Shown: positions 7,650 to 16,047 of the stretch, one piece after another
Layout of the letters: every line of letters starts with the position of its first letter
How positions within the stretch are numbered: position 1 is the stretch's first letter
Assembly (NCBI GenBank): GCA_045122255.1
Contig: JBGVHJ010000130.1
Location: forward strand, 2,208-66,207
Source of the DNA: Eubacteriales bacterium
GTDB taxonomy: Bacteria; Bacillota; Clostridia; Oscillospirales; CAG-272
Direction: 5' to 3'
Length of the DNA stretch: 64,000 nucleotides
The notes under the pieces: generated by a model
Told to the model about the DNA's origin: nothing
Seen by the model: the letters and a program-made list of their open reading frames with translations, nothing else
The model's database searches: none
Position numbers and translations under genes: made by a program

Positions 7650-7681
7650 AGTATACCTCCCTTCTTCAAACTATCAAAAAT

Positions 7682-8494
7682 TCACATTGACTTCCCACCC
7701 GAAACCTTGATGACCTGTCCCGTGATCATTCCCGCCTGTTCGCTTGACAGAAACAGAATGGTTTCGGCAATATCCTCGGGACGGACCAGCCTGCCCATCG
7801 GAATCAGCGGCACGACGACCTTCTCGAATTCCTCGTCGATCCAGCCTGTCTGAGTCGGACCGGGTGCAACACAGTTCACGGCAATCCCGTACTGTGCCGC
7901 TTCAAGCGCAATGCTGCGGGTCAGCGCTTCCAGCGTTGCCTTACTCGCGCCGTAAGTGATCTGACCGGCAAAGCTCTGCGCCGCATCGGTGGAGATGTTG
8001 GTGATTCTTCCAAAGTCACCGCGGCGGTTGATAAACTCCCGCATCATCATAATACTTCCGCGCACATTGACCGCAAAGGTGTCGTCGATGACGGATTGGG
8101 TGATCTTCTCGATGGTATCAAAGCCGTTTTCGTCATCGGTTGCCGCATTGTTCACGAGGACATCCACGCGACCGTACTTCGCCATCACACTTGCGTAGAT
8201 ATCCCTGACTGCATCCTCGCATGAAATATCGCTTTCCAGAATGAGATAGTCCGCGCCAATGCCCTTGAGCCGCGCTTCAACGGCGGAAGCATCTCCTGCG
8301 TTTGCGCCGTAGTAGCGGTCAACGCCGTTTCTATCGGTTTTTCTGGGATCAAAGGGGCGATCCACACGCTTGTACACAAGCACTACTTTGGCGCCTTCGC
8401 GTGCAAACGCAAGTGCTGTTGCCGCACCGATCCCCCAAGGATTATTTGCACCCGTAATGAGTGCGACTTTGTTTTTTAAGCCGTAGTCAATCAT
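7682..8494 (-). CDS. SDR family oxidoreductase
   Basis: It has the Rossmann motif VALITGANNPWGIGAA and the catalytic YGASKATLEALTRS motif. The start is set at MIDYGLKNK (ATG 8494) with an AGGAGA RBS. The longer track ORF is an N-terminal over-extension. Confidence 0.88.
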   Translation of the reverse strand: MIDYGLKNKVALITGANNPWGIGAATALAFAREGAKVVLVYKRVDRPFDPRKTDRNGVDRYYGANAGDASAVEARLKGIGADYLILESDISCEDAVRDIYASVMAKYGRVDVLVNNAATDDENGFDTIEKITQSVIDDTFAVNVRGSIMMMREFINRRGDFGRITNISTDAAQSFAGQITYGASKATLEALTRSIALEAAQYGIAVNCVAPGPTQTGWIDEEFEKVVVPLIPMGRLVRPEDIAETILFLSSEQAGMITGQVIKVSGGKSM

Positions 8495-8873
8495 GTGGTT
8501 TCTCCTGACAGTACACAGCGATCGCATCTGCGGCAAATTCCGCCGTTCCCTCGCCGTGCTTGTCGATATTCTTCTTGAACCGCTCGTCGGCGATGTACAT
8601 CTTGCCAAGACCTGCAAGGATCTCGTCGGTGCAGGTGTAGTAGTTGGCAGTAATGTGCGCCTGAAGCTTGGCTACAAGTGCCTGTGCTTTGGTTGAATCG
8701 GCACTCGCGCCACTATCCTTGCACGCCGCAAACTCGGCAAAGATAGCCATCAAGCCATCGTTTGCCTCTGCCCACTTCTCTTTTGTGTAGTTCTTTGTTT
8801 TCTGCTCGTGCTCACGATAGGCGGCGGTGTTGCCCCAACGAGAGCGAGCTTCGGTTTGGTAATTGTTACTCAT
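8487..8873 (-). CDS. TipAS-like antibiotic-recognition domain protein (no MerR HTH part)
   Basis: MSNNYQTEARSRWGNTAAYREHEQKTKNYTKEKWAEA..MYIADERFKKNID matches the TipAS C-terminal domain pattern. A GAGGAAACAA RBS precedes ATG 8873. Confidence 0.7.
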   Translation of the reverse strand: MSNNYQTEARSRWGNTAAYREHEQKTKNYTKEKWAEANDGLMAIFAEFAACKDSGASADSTKAQALVAKLQAHITANYYTCTDEILAGLGKMYIADERFKKNIDKHGEGTAEFAADAIAVYCQEKPHD

Positions 8874-9055
8874 TTGTTTCCTCTGTTGCATATTTTTGAG
8901 GGTTATAGATAACCTCAAATGCTGAATCAATTTTTCTTTTACAATATTATATCACAAAAAACAACCTTCTTCAAGGCATTTGTGTGAACGCGAGCAATTT
9001 TTCACCGAGCCTTTTTCTTTAATTATTGCGGTGCAAATTTTAATCGCAAACACTA

Positions 9056-9084
9056 TTGACAAATGGCTGAAGAAGAGGTACAAT
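9056..9084 (+). promoter_or_regulatory. Near-consensus sigma-A promoter (TTGACA-17-TACAAT) with no downstream CDS
   Basis: TTGACA is at 9056..9061, followed by an exact 17-nt spacer and TACAAT at 9079..9084. Confidence 0.6.
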
Positions 9085-9090
9085 ACAACG

Positions 9091-9200
9091 ACCTCAATGA
9101 GCTGAAGCTGCGAGAGCGACCACATCGGTTGACCACTAATTTTTATAAAAATCATCCGCTCCCGATAAGGCCGAAGCCATCGATTTGGGAGCGGATTTTT
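9091..9200 (+). ncRNA. Candidate small RNA of about 110 nt (orphan promoter plus intrinsic terminator)
   Basis: The predicted TSS is about 9091. The terminator is AUCCGCUCCC..(nested GGC-CGAA-GCC)..GGGAGCGGAU followed by UUUUU at 9154..9200. No RBS-preceded ORF lies inside or downstream on this strand. Confidence 0.45.
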
Positions 9201-9377
9201 ACGACCACATACACGACCATAGACACGACCGGAGCACCCGGAGACAAGATGCCACGAGAGCGCGAAAGGTCATTTTTGCAGTAGCGTAAAGGTCTGAAAA
9301 AAGAAAAATGACTGGAAAAATGTTCAAACCGTGCTTGGGGTAATATAGGCCGCAAGTTGAAGTCTTATTGCTCAAGC

Positions 9378-9417
9378 AAAAACACCTTGAAAACATCAGA
9401 GTTTTCAAGGTGTTTTT
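9378..9417 (-). terminator. Intrinsic terminator after the AP2-domain gene (symmetric, could act in both directions)
   Basis: AAAACACCUUGAAAAC..GUUUUCAAGGUGUUUU is a perfect 16-bp stem, flanked by a T-run on the minus strand and located 4 nt after the stop. Confidence 0.8.
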
Positions 9418-9420
9418 GGG

Positions 9421-9894
9421 TCAAATACTCGACATAAATTCGCCGAAATATTCCTGCTCTGCCGCCTTTCGTGCTTTAACGGCATCATCAAAATTTTTAT
9501 ATGAGCCAAAGTTCATCAGCTTGCCCTTGAACTTGAGTCTTGCTCGCCACAGTCCTGTTCTTTTGTCAAAATAGACTCCGCGGCAGCCGCTGGTATTTGT
9601 AGAACCCGGCTTATCGCTGACCAATCGGCTTATTTGGGTTCCGTCAACGTATCCTGCCTTTTCGCGCATCCTTTGACCCGCATATTTGCCGGCACAGTCG
9701 TTGCACATACTCAGATCGGGATTTGTAAGCTTATCGGTTGCCTTATACGTTATATTGCCGCAATCGCAACGGCATTCCCACAGTGGAACCGTTCTTGCAC
9801 CGCGAGAACCGCGCTTATCCGAGCAGCCTATAACCTCTAATCTTCCGAATCGGCGACCTACAAGGTCACCTGTGGTTGGTGATGCTCTTTTCAT
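9421..9894 (-). CDS. AP2/integrase-type DNA-binding domain protein with N-terminal Cys-rich region
   Basis: The C-terminal GVYFDKRTGLWRARLKFKGKLMNFGSYKNFDDAVKARKAAEQEYFGEF matches the AP2 domain pattern. The N-terminus has a CxCxCG..CxxC motif. Confidence 0.75.
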   Translation of the reverse strand: MKRASPTTGDLVGRRFGRLEVIGCSDKRGSRGARTVPLWECRCDCGNITYKATDKLTNPDLSMCNDCAGKYAGQRMREKAGYVDGTQISRLVSDKPGSTNTSGCRGVYFDKRTGLWRARLKFKGKLMNFGSYKNFDDAVKARKAAEQEYFGEFMSSI

Positions 9895-10069
9895 TTAATT
9901 CTCCGTTATTTTAGCGCCGAGCGAGATTTCGCGCGGCTTCCTTTTTTTGATTTTTCAACAATTTTTGCTTACGGCAATCAAAAAACACAATATGATGGCT
10001 TGTGTGCTTTGATTGCCGCCCAACCCCCGAAGGGGTTGGGTGGCGGGAATTCGCTAAAAGCTAATTATA

Positions 10070-13000
10070 TTAGCCGTAAATTGTCATCAAAGAGGAAACA
10101 TACTGACCAAACCATGTTCCAAGCCAATCCATAGATTGCTGGTCATAGTGTGCAGTATCATGCGCCTGAGTGCTCATGAGTGAAGTATCAATGTATGCAG
10201 AGTTGTAGATCGCTCCACCGGTAGGATTGAAGTGCATACCGGGAGCGTCAACTTTGCCATACAGTGCACTATACTCTGTAAGGGTACCGGGCACATACCA
10301 GATTCCTGCATTGTTTACCTTTGCGGCATTAACGATACTACTGTTCTTCCAAAGGGTGAGATTATCCTTACCATAAGGTGCAATACCTGCTGTGATAAAT
10401 CCGATACCACTACCGGGAACAGAACCGTTAGGTCGAGTTGCGTACTTAGCAAACTTAATACGGAAATTCTGAACAAGTGTCTGCTCATTTACTGCATAGT
10501 TGTTTGCGCAAGTCTCAGCTTTCTCAATTGCATCATTTTCACCCTGCATCCAAAGCAAGCTGCGGATCTGTACATCATATCCCTCTGCTACAAGGTCTTC
10601 TACACAATCCTCAACGTAATCCATCATCTTCTGCGACAGGTTCGCATTCTGTCTCCAATGGAGATCGAGGTTTGTACCGGGTGCAGTATACTTGATAATG
10701 AACCATTGCTGATCCTTAAGTCCTTCGGTGGTAGCAAGGTGATATGCCAATGCCGCCTCGGGACCGAATGTGGTATCATAGTATCCGCCGATACCGAAGG
10801 CGTACTTTTCGAATCCTGAGTTTTCATTCTGAGTGAATACGTTTACGCCATCATTGGTATATACGTTCTTATACTTAATGTATACATTCTTGTAATCAAC
10901 ATTAGCAAATTTATTGATAGCATTCTGATCGATTACAGTTGCACCAGCAGCGTTAGACTGACCGGAAAGAACGATTACGTTAACGTTAGGCTTTTCGGTA
11001 TCCTTGAAGGATTCACCACCGAAGTTGGACTTCATCTTGATCGTCCAGTCGGTGACCTTTTGAATACCATCCTCAAAAACGACTACCCAAGTGATAGTGT
11101 GAGTGCTTCCGGCTGCAAAATCGCTAAGAGTGAGCTTGGTATTTGCAACAATACCTTCATTACCATACTGATCAATAAATCCTTGATAGTTAGGATCACT
11201 CTGAACAAGCTTCTTGAAGTAGTCAGGAGCACTGTACTTGAGAGTTTCAACATCACCGTCAATGTAGTATCCTACACCTACAACAGGTTCATCATAACCC
11301 GTGATAAATCCTACACCAACTGTAGTCCAAGGAAGAGCTTCAGTAATAGTCAAACCATACTGACCATTGCCCATATTAACATACCATCCTGAAGGAGACA
11401 GTTCCTTCCAATTATTCGGGTACTTATCAACAAGATACTCACACTCACCAAACCAGTTAAAGAATCCGGTTGCCTGCTCACCATTTGCCCCTCCGGGGAA
11501 CTCACCCAAATAAGGATATGCGACACTGGGATAAGGATCATTTGCGGACGAAGAGTAATTCTTATAGAAAAGAGGACTATTGTTACCAAGATAGAACTGG
11601 AAGGGATCGAACCAATACTGCTTATGAGCATTATTTCCTTCGAGCATAGTTGTGTTCACTACCTCGATCGTACAAGTAGCACTTGTCACCTTTCCGGTGA
11701 TCTTATTGGTATAGCTTATGGTAACAGTCTTCTTACCTACAGTCGTCATATCAACAGAGCTAATATCGAAGTTAGTAATATCGCCCTTTGTACCGTCGGA
11801 TGCAATTGCATTTACAGTAAAGTCTGCGGTTGTAAGTCTATCCGAAGGCTTGAACATTGTCTTCTTAGGAGTTACAATAATCGCATTGAAATCATCCTTG
11901 ACGTCTACCCAAATGTTAGTGCTAACAGTCTTTTCATTCTCAGTGTATGTAATAGTGAGGTTCTTCTTACCGCCTATTGTCATATCGTGCTCGCTAACCG
12001 TATATTCATTGTCAGCAAGTGTCTTAGAAGAATGATAAGCATAGTTAGCCTTTACAGTGAGATGCAATGTATCTCCAACCACATAAAGGGTCTGAGATCC
12101 TTCGGTGGACAAGCTCACAGGCTGCTTAGCAGTTACTCTGCACCAAGTATTATAGGTATTACCGTCGATGGTAACGGAATGAGCCACGTTCTCGACAACC
12201 TCGCAATACTTTGCCAGCTTGATGGAGGAATTATCCAAGATGCCTGGGTCGGTCGGCTTAGCATCAGGATTTTCTTTAAGGATATTTTCAAAAACACCGG
12301 TATATGTGGGATCCTGGCGATATGCCTTATCGATCAGCATTACACCGTCGTGGATGGTGATGAAGGGTTCGTCACCCTCATAACCGTTGGTGCAGTTAAA
12401 CGCACCGTTGTTGCGGTTCTTGGTGTCGTTGGGAGTGTTGTTATACAAGAAGTAACCGCCATAGATGTTCATATTTCCGCCGGTACCTGCATAAATGAGA
12501 GCGCGGTTGCTGTTCTCATTCTTCATACTACCATTGGCGAAGTCATTGTTGCCGTCTTTGTCAACAGGAGTGCCAATGGGGTCGCCTGCATAACCGTCAG
12601 CAATGAATGCACCGCCGTAGATATCTACATAAGAAGGATCTGCAAAAGGAGCCCATACTGCATAGATGGAGCTCTCCATCTTAATGAAACCGCCGCCCTT
12701 GCGGTCGATAATGTTCAAGCTGCCATTTTTGTCTACAAAGAACAGAGCGCCAACATCCTGATTGCCGTTATAAGTATCGCTGCACTTTACAGTGATCTTG
12801 TGACCGTTCAAGTCAATGGCAACATTTTCACCTACAATATTGACGGCGTTATACCACATGGTTTTTCCGTCAGTACTTTTCGCTTTGTGGTCTTCGCTAC
12901 GGTCTGTGCTGCCGGCTTCCAGATTGATATCCAGATCCTTGGTCAGCTTGATTTCTACGTTGCTCTCCTTTACTGCATCACGCAGCTCTTCAAGAGTGCT

Positions 13001-14113
13001 CACGGACTTTTCAGTATAAGTAAACTCATAAGGGCTAAAGCTTGCGGTCTTAAAGGTAATAGTACCTGCAACCTCGTCGTAAACTGCGTCCTCAATGAGA
13101 ACACCGTTATGGTATGCCTGCATTGCCGCGAGAGCGTTAGGAGCCTCGACAACAACGGTTACCATCTGATCCTCGGTGAGGTTAGACTTGAGGTTTGTTA
13201 CCTTGATATCGTATGCATAAGCCTTGATATTCTCGCCCTCGATCTGAGGCTCGATACCGTCAAAGGTTACGGTAACGGGCTTTGTGGGATCAAGGATCGC
13301 GTCTGCAGGAACGGTAACCTTTGCGATCTTAAGTCCCTCGTTGGACAGGTCGAACTGAATGTTATCCTCGCCTGCTACGAGTGTCTTGGTCTCGGTTGCA
13401 AGAATAGTGGTGTCAGCGAAATCGTCGAAGGTTGCATCCTTGTCGTAATCATCGCCGAAGCTATCCGACTCATAGGAGGTCTGAGTAGCTATAACGTTAA
13501 TGCCAAATTCAATGGAAGGAGGATTTTTACCGTCGTGGTTAGCCTCGTTTCCAACTGTTTCGGGCATGTCTACCTTAATGAATGCATAATGAGAATCACC
13601 GGGGAAAAGATCCTGGTTGTTTCTGAACACGTTAACATTCTTAAAGGAAGTAGTGTTCTCGTAAGCAACGCCATTCTCACCGGAGAATGCAAGCATCATG
13701 GCAATATCGCCAATGTCATTAGCCTGCTGAACGAGAGTGCTTACAGTAAGAATATCAGAAAGAACAATGTCGCCACCGTCCTTGTTCTTACCAACAGTTT
13801 CATTGATAATATTCATGTTTGCAGAATATTTCAATGCAAGCGAACCCTTGTTGGTGATCTTAAGAGCAACCACCTCGGTGTGTCCGGGCTCCCAAAGTCC
13901 TATAGAGAAGAGGTCCTCTGCACCGTCAAGATCATTCCACGTTTTTCCGTCGAGAGTATACTGAACCTCTATATCGAGATTTCCGCTGGTTATTACGTTG
14001 CTGCCTGAAGAAACACTGTCGGTAAACCAAGCGAAGGTTGTACCGAGAAGCATTGAAAAGCAAAGCAACAAGGATATAAAGCTCAGCAATAACGATCTTT
14101 TAGTATGTTTCAT
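10070..14113 (-). CDS. Large secreted multidomain protein: SipW-type signal peptide, TasA/camelysin-like N-domain, beta-helix-like region, Ig-like repeats and a C-terminal SASA/GQSN (sialate O-acetylesterase-like) domain
   Basis: The N-terminus is MKHTKRSLLLSFISLLLCFSMLLGTTFAWFTDSVSSGSNVITSGNLDIEV, i.e. the SipW-cognate class motif. The MPETVGNEAN motif is shared with the upstream paralog. The C-terminus has VIVLSGQSNAAG..LLWMQGENDA. An AAGGAGA RBS is present, with a 15-nt gap to the upstream gene. Confidence 0.85.
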   Translation of the reverse strand: MKHTKRSLLLSFISLLLCFSMLLGTTFAWFTDSVSSGSNVITSGNLDIEVQYTLDGKTWNDLDGAEDLFSIGLWEPGHTEVVALKITNKGSLALKYSANMNIINETVGKNKDGGDIVLSDILTVSTLVQQANDIGDIAMMLAFSGENGVAYENTTSFKNVNVFRNNQDLFPGDSHYAFIKVDMPETVGNEANHDGKNPPSIEFGINVIATQTSYESDSFGDDYDKDATFDDFADTTILATETKTLVAGEDNIQFDLSNEGLKIAKVTVPADAILDPTKPVTVTFDGIEPQIEGENIKAYAYDIKVTNLKSNLTEDQMVTVVVEAPNALAAMQAYHNGVLIEDAVYDEVAGTITFKTASFSPYEFTYTEKSVSTLEELRDAVKESNVEIKLTKDLDINLEAGSTDRSEDHKAKSTDGKTMWYNAVNIVGENVAIDLNGHKITVKCSDTYNGNQDVGALFFVDKNGSLNIIDRKGGGFIKMESSIYAVWAPFADPSYVDIYGGAFIADGYAGDPIGTPVDKDGNNDFANGSMKNENSNRALIYAGTGGNMNIYGGYFLYNNTPNDTKNRNNGAFNCTNGYEGDEPFITIHDGVMLIDKAYRQDPTYTGVFENILKENPDAKPTDPGILDNSSIKLAKYCEVVENVAHSVTIDGNTYNTWCRVTAKQPVSLSTEGSQTLYVVGDTLHLTVKANYAYHSSKTLADNEYTVSEHDMTIGGKKNLTITYTENEKTVSTNIWVDVKDDFNAIIVTPKKTMFKPSDRLTTADFTVNAIASDGTKGDITNFDISSVDMTTVGKKTVTISYTNKITGKVTSATCTIEVVNTTMLEGNNAHKQYWFDPFQFYLGNNSPLFYKNYSSSANDPYPSVAYPYLGEFPGGANGEQATGFFNWFGECEYLVDKYPNNWKELSPSGWYVNMGNGQYGLTITEALPWTTVGVGFITGYDEPVVGVGYYIDGDVETLKYSAPDYFKKLVQSDPNYQGFIDQYGNEGIVANTKLTLSDFAAGSTHTITWVVVFEDGIQKVTDWTIKMKSNFGGESFKDTEKPNVNVIVLSGQSNAAGATVIDQNAINKFANVDYKNVYIKYKNVYTNDGVNVFTQNENSGFEKYAFGIGGYYDTTFGPEAALAYHLATTEGLKDQQWFIIKYTAPGTNLDLHWRQNANLSQKMMDYVEDCVEDLVAEGYDVQIRSLLWMQGENDAIEKAETCANNYAVNEQTLVQNFRIKFAKYATRPNGSVPGSGIGFITAGIAPYGKDNLTLWKNSSIVNAAKVNNAGIWYVPGTLTEYSALYGKVDAPGMHFNPTGGAIYNSAYIDTSLMSTQAHDTAHYDQQSMDWLGTWFGQYVSSLMTIYG

Positions 14114-14128
14114 ATTGCTATCTCCTTA

Positions 14129-15616
14129 TTAGTCGATTGCGGAAACGGTCCACCAACCGTCTGCGCCTTGTACTGCCTCATAGCCTTCTGCTACAAATGC
14201 AGAGGGATCAAATTCGAAGGTTCCGCCGTATATGGTGACAGTACCTCCGTTAGCCGCGGTGATCCACTTTGTTTTGGAGGTATTGCTACCGCCCTTACCA
14301 AAGGTACCGCCGTTTACAACGATGGATGCGTTCTGACCAGCATAGAGAACACCGTGTCTGTAATAAGCCCCCTCGTATCTGAAATCGCCTCCGTTAATAA
14401 TAACTTCAGCGCTTTCAAGGCTGGCCGCATAAACCAAATAACCGATATTGGTTCCGTATGCGGTGGATGTGACCGAACCAGAGTTGACGGTAACCTTACC
14501 ACCCTGTACGTTCAGTCCTCCTCTTTCAGCATTCAGAACAAGATCGTTAATCTCAACCTCGCCGGCTTTGACGTGGAAGCCGTATTTCGAGCCCTTAACC
14601 TCAATGTTCAGATTGTTAATGTAAAGAGTTCCCCAGTTCTCGATGGAGCCCTTCATATTGTTAACAATAGTTCCGTCTCCGGTGATCTCAAGATCACCAC
14701 GGTTAACGATTACGTAATCATCATCGGTTCCGCTTATGGTAGAGTTGTTTGTGTTCAGCGAAAGAGACTTGTCTTCAGCAAGCTCTTCCTTTACATCGGT
14801 GAGATTCATATTCTCGATCTTACCGACTCCGCCCTCTACAAACGCCTTATGGAGATCTTCATTGTTGTAGATCTCATGTACGGTAGGCTGGTCTACGTTG
14901 GCATCATACTGATTATCGAAGCTATCACTCTCGTGCGTAAACTGAGTTGCAAAGAGACGAATGCCAAGCTCTATGTAAGGAGCCTCGGTACCGGGCATTG
15001 TATTTGCCTCGTTTCCTACTGTCTCGGGCATTGTAAGGACGAGCGCGATCACCTGCGCTGTTTCTTCGCCGGGAAGAAGAGGAGAATCCTCTCTGATCTT
15101 CGCATCAGCGGATGAAAGCGTGTTAAGAGTTACGTTGCTCAACGCGCTCTCACGGGTTCCGAACATAGCGGGCATCAAGATATTCGCATAGTTGAAGCCC
15201 GAGCTGTATTCGTCCTGAACATACGCTCCGACCATAAGATAATCGGAAAGCTTGAATTCCTCGCCATATACGTTCGTTGCACCTTCCTCGTTGGCGATGT
15301 TTAAGGAAAGCAGATATTTAAGTGCAAGAGTTCCTGCATTAGACACTCTCAAATATACGACCTCGGTATATCCGGGCTCGTAAAGCGCGCCGTCTTTGAA
15401 AATCTTGGTGCTTTCATCAACGGGTGCCCACTCGTCAGACCAATTCGTCTTATACTCAAGAGCAACGTCTAATGAACCGGCTTGAATAATGTTATTCCCG
15501 CTCGTTACACTATCCGTAAACCACGCGTATGTCGTACCTATAAGCATGGTAAAGCAAATAAACAAAGATACAATGCTTACGACCAGTGCGCGTTTCGTGG
15601 TTTTCATGTTAGTCAT
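14129..15616 (-). CDS. Secreted TasA/camelysin-like protein with SipW-type signal peptide and C-terminal beta-helix-like repeats
   Basis: The N-terminus is MTNMKTTKRALVVSIVSLFICFTMLIGTTYAWFTDSVTSGNNIIQAGSLDV. The N-domain is paralogous to that of 10070..14113 (LTMPETVGNEAN, ESDSFDNQYD). The C-terminus has G-rich beta-helix-like repeats (GGKVTVNSG, INGGDF, VNGGTF, IYGGTF). An AAGGAGG RBS is present. Confidence 0.85.
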   Translation of the reverse strand: MTNMKTTKRALVVSIVSLFICFTMLIGTTYAWFTDSVTSGNNIIQAGSLDVALEYKTNWSDEWAPVDESTKIFKDGALYEPGYTEVVYLRVSNAGTLALKYLLSLNIANEEGATNVYGEEFKLSDYLMVGAYVQDEYSSGFNYANILMPAMFGTRESALSNVTLNTLSSADAKIREDSPLLPGEETAQVIALVLTMPETVGNEANTMPGTEAPYIELGIRLFATQFTHESDSFDNQYDANVDQPTVHEIYNNEDLHKAFVEGGVGKIENMNLTDVKEELAEDKSLSLNTNNSTISGTDDDYVIVNRGDLEITGDGTIVNNMKGSIENWGTLYINNLNIEVKGSKYGFHVKAGEVEINDLVLNAERGGLNVQGGKVTVNSGSVTSTAYGTNIGYLVYAASLESAEVIINGGDFRYEGAYYRHGVLYAGQNASIVVNGGTFGKGGSNTSKTKWITAANGGTVTIYGGTFEFDPSAFVAEGYEAVQGADGWWTVSAID

Positions 15617-15794
15617 TTTAAAATTACCTCCTTATTATGATATTTTTGCAAGACTAACTATGTATCGTGAAATTGCCGCTACACATCTTTGCTCTCATCG
15701 GTTCTCCGTCTCGACCGTCTGTCCGAGCACTGTTCAGGCTTCAATCCTCATCCGGACGGTTTCCGCAAAGCCACTCAAATACGAGCAAATATGA

Positions 15795-15819
15795 CATAAC
15801 GAGAGTTATGTGATATTTT
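15795..15819. repeat. Left arm of a perfect 25-bp inverted repeat (CATAACGAGAGTTATGTGATATTTT)
   Basis: It is the exact reverse complement of 16048..16072. The arm itself contains the palindrome CATAAC-GAGA-GTTATG. Confidence 0.95.
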
Positions 15820-15849
15820 ATAGCCAGTATTTCTCCATACATTTATCAT

Positions 15850-15878
15850 ATTATAACATATGACGTTGAAAAAATCAA
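15850..15878 (-). promoter_or_regulatory. Near-consensus promoter inside the invertible segment, currently facing the TasA-like operon (ON orientation)
   Basis: The minus strand reads TTGATT (15878..15873), a 17-nt spacer ending in TGT, and TATAAT (15855..15850). This is an extended -10, about 30 nt from IR-L and about 230 nt upstream of ATG 15616. Confidence 0.6.
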
Positions 15879-16047
15879 CCGTTTTGACAAAACTTTTTAC
15901 ATATTAATAAAAATTTATTGATTTTCACTTAAAAAATTGCACAGCAAAGCTACCTTTCGTACACTTTTTAAAGAAAAAAGCGTGCGGAAGGCTTTTGTTG
16001 TGCGTTTTTTTGTTTGGAATTGCTCGGTGCTTTTGTGCATTCCGTCC

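Noticed and set aside
9421-9894. AP2-domain gene as evidence of a prophage or homing-endonuclease remnant
   Set aside because: It is a single isolated gene between terminators, with no HNH/GIY-YIG nuclease domain and no phage neighbours. That is insufficient for a mobile-element call.
9973-10046. Two consecutive strong hairpins (GGCAATCAAA/TTTGATTGCC and CCCAACCCC-CGAA-GGGGTTGGG) downstream of the 1347-aa gene
   Set aside because: They are most simply transcription terminators or insulators between convergent units. They lack clear U-tracts, so I did not list them as confident terminators, and nothing suggests a further function.
11624-14008. 794-aa plus-strand ORF, with the 336-aa ORF at 14105..15115
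   Set aside because: They are antisense to the 1347-aa and 495-aa SipW-type proteins, which have signal peptides, RBSs and recognisable domains. The shadow frames are Cys/Ile/Val-rich nonsense.
15617-15794. c-di-GMP riboswitch (class I or II) in the 5' UTR of the TasA-like operon
   Set aside because: It is tempting by analogy with clostridial adhesin and pilin genes, and there is a GCGGAAAC..AACCGA resemblance. I cannot reproduce the consensus reliably from memory, so the class is not called. It is kept only as an unclassified structured leader.
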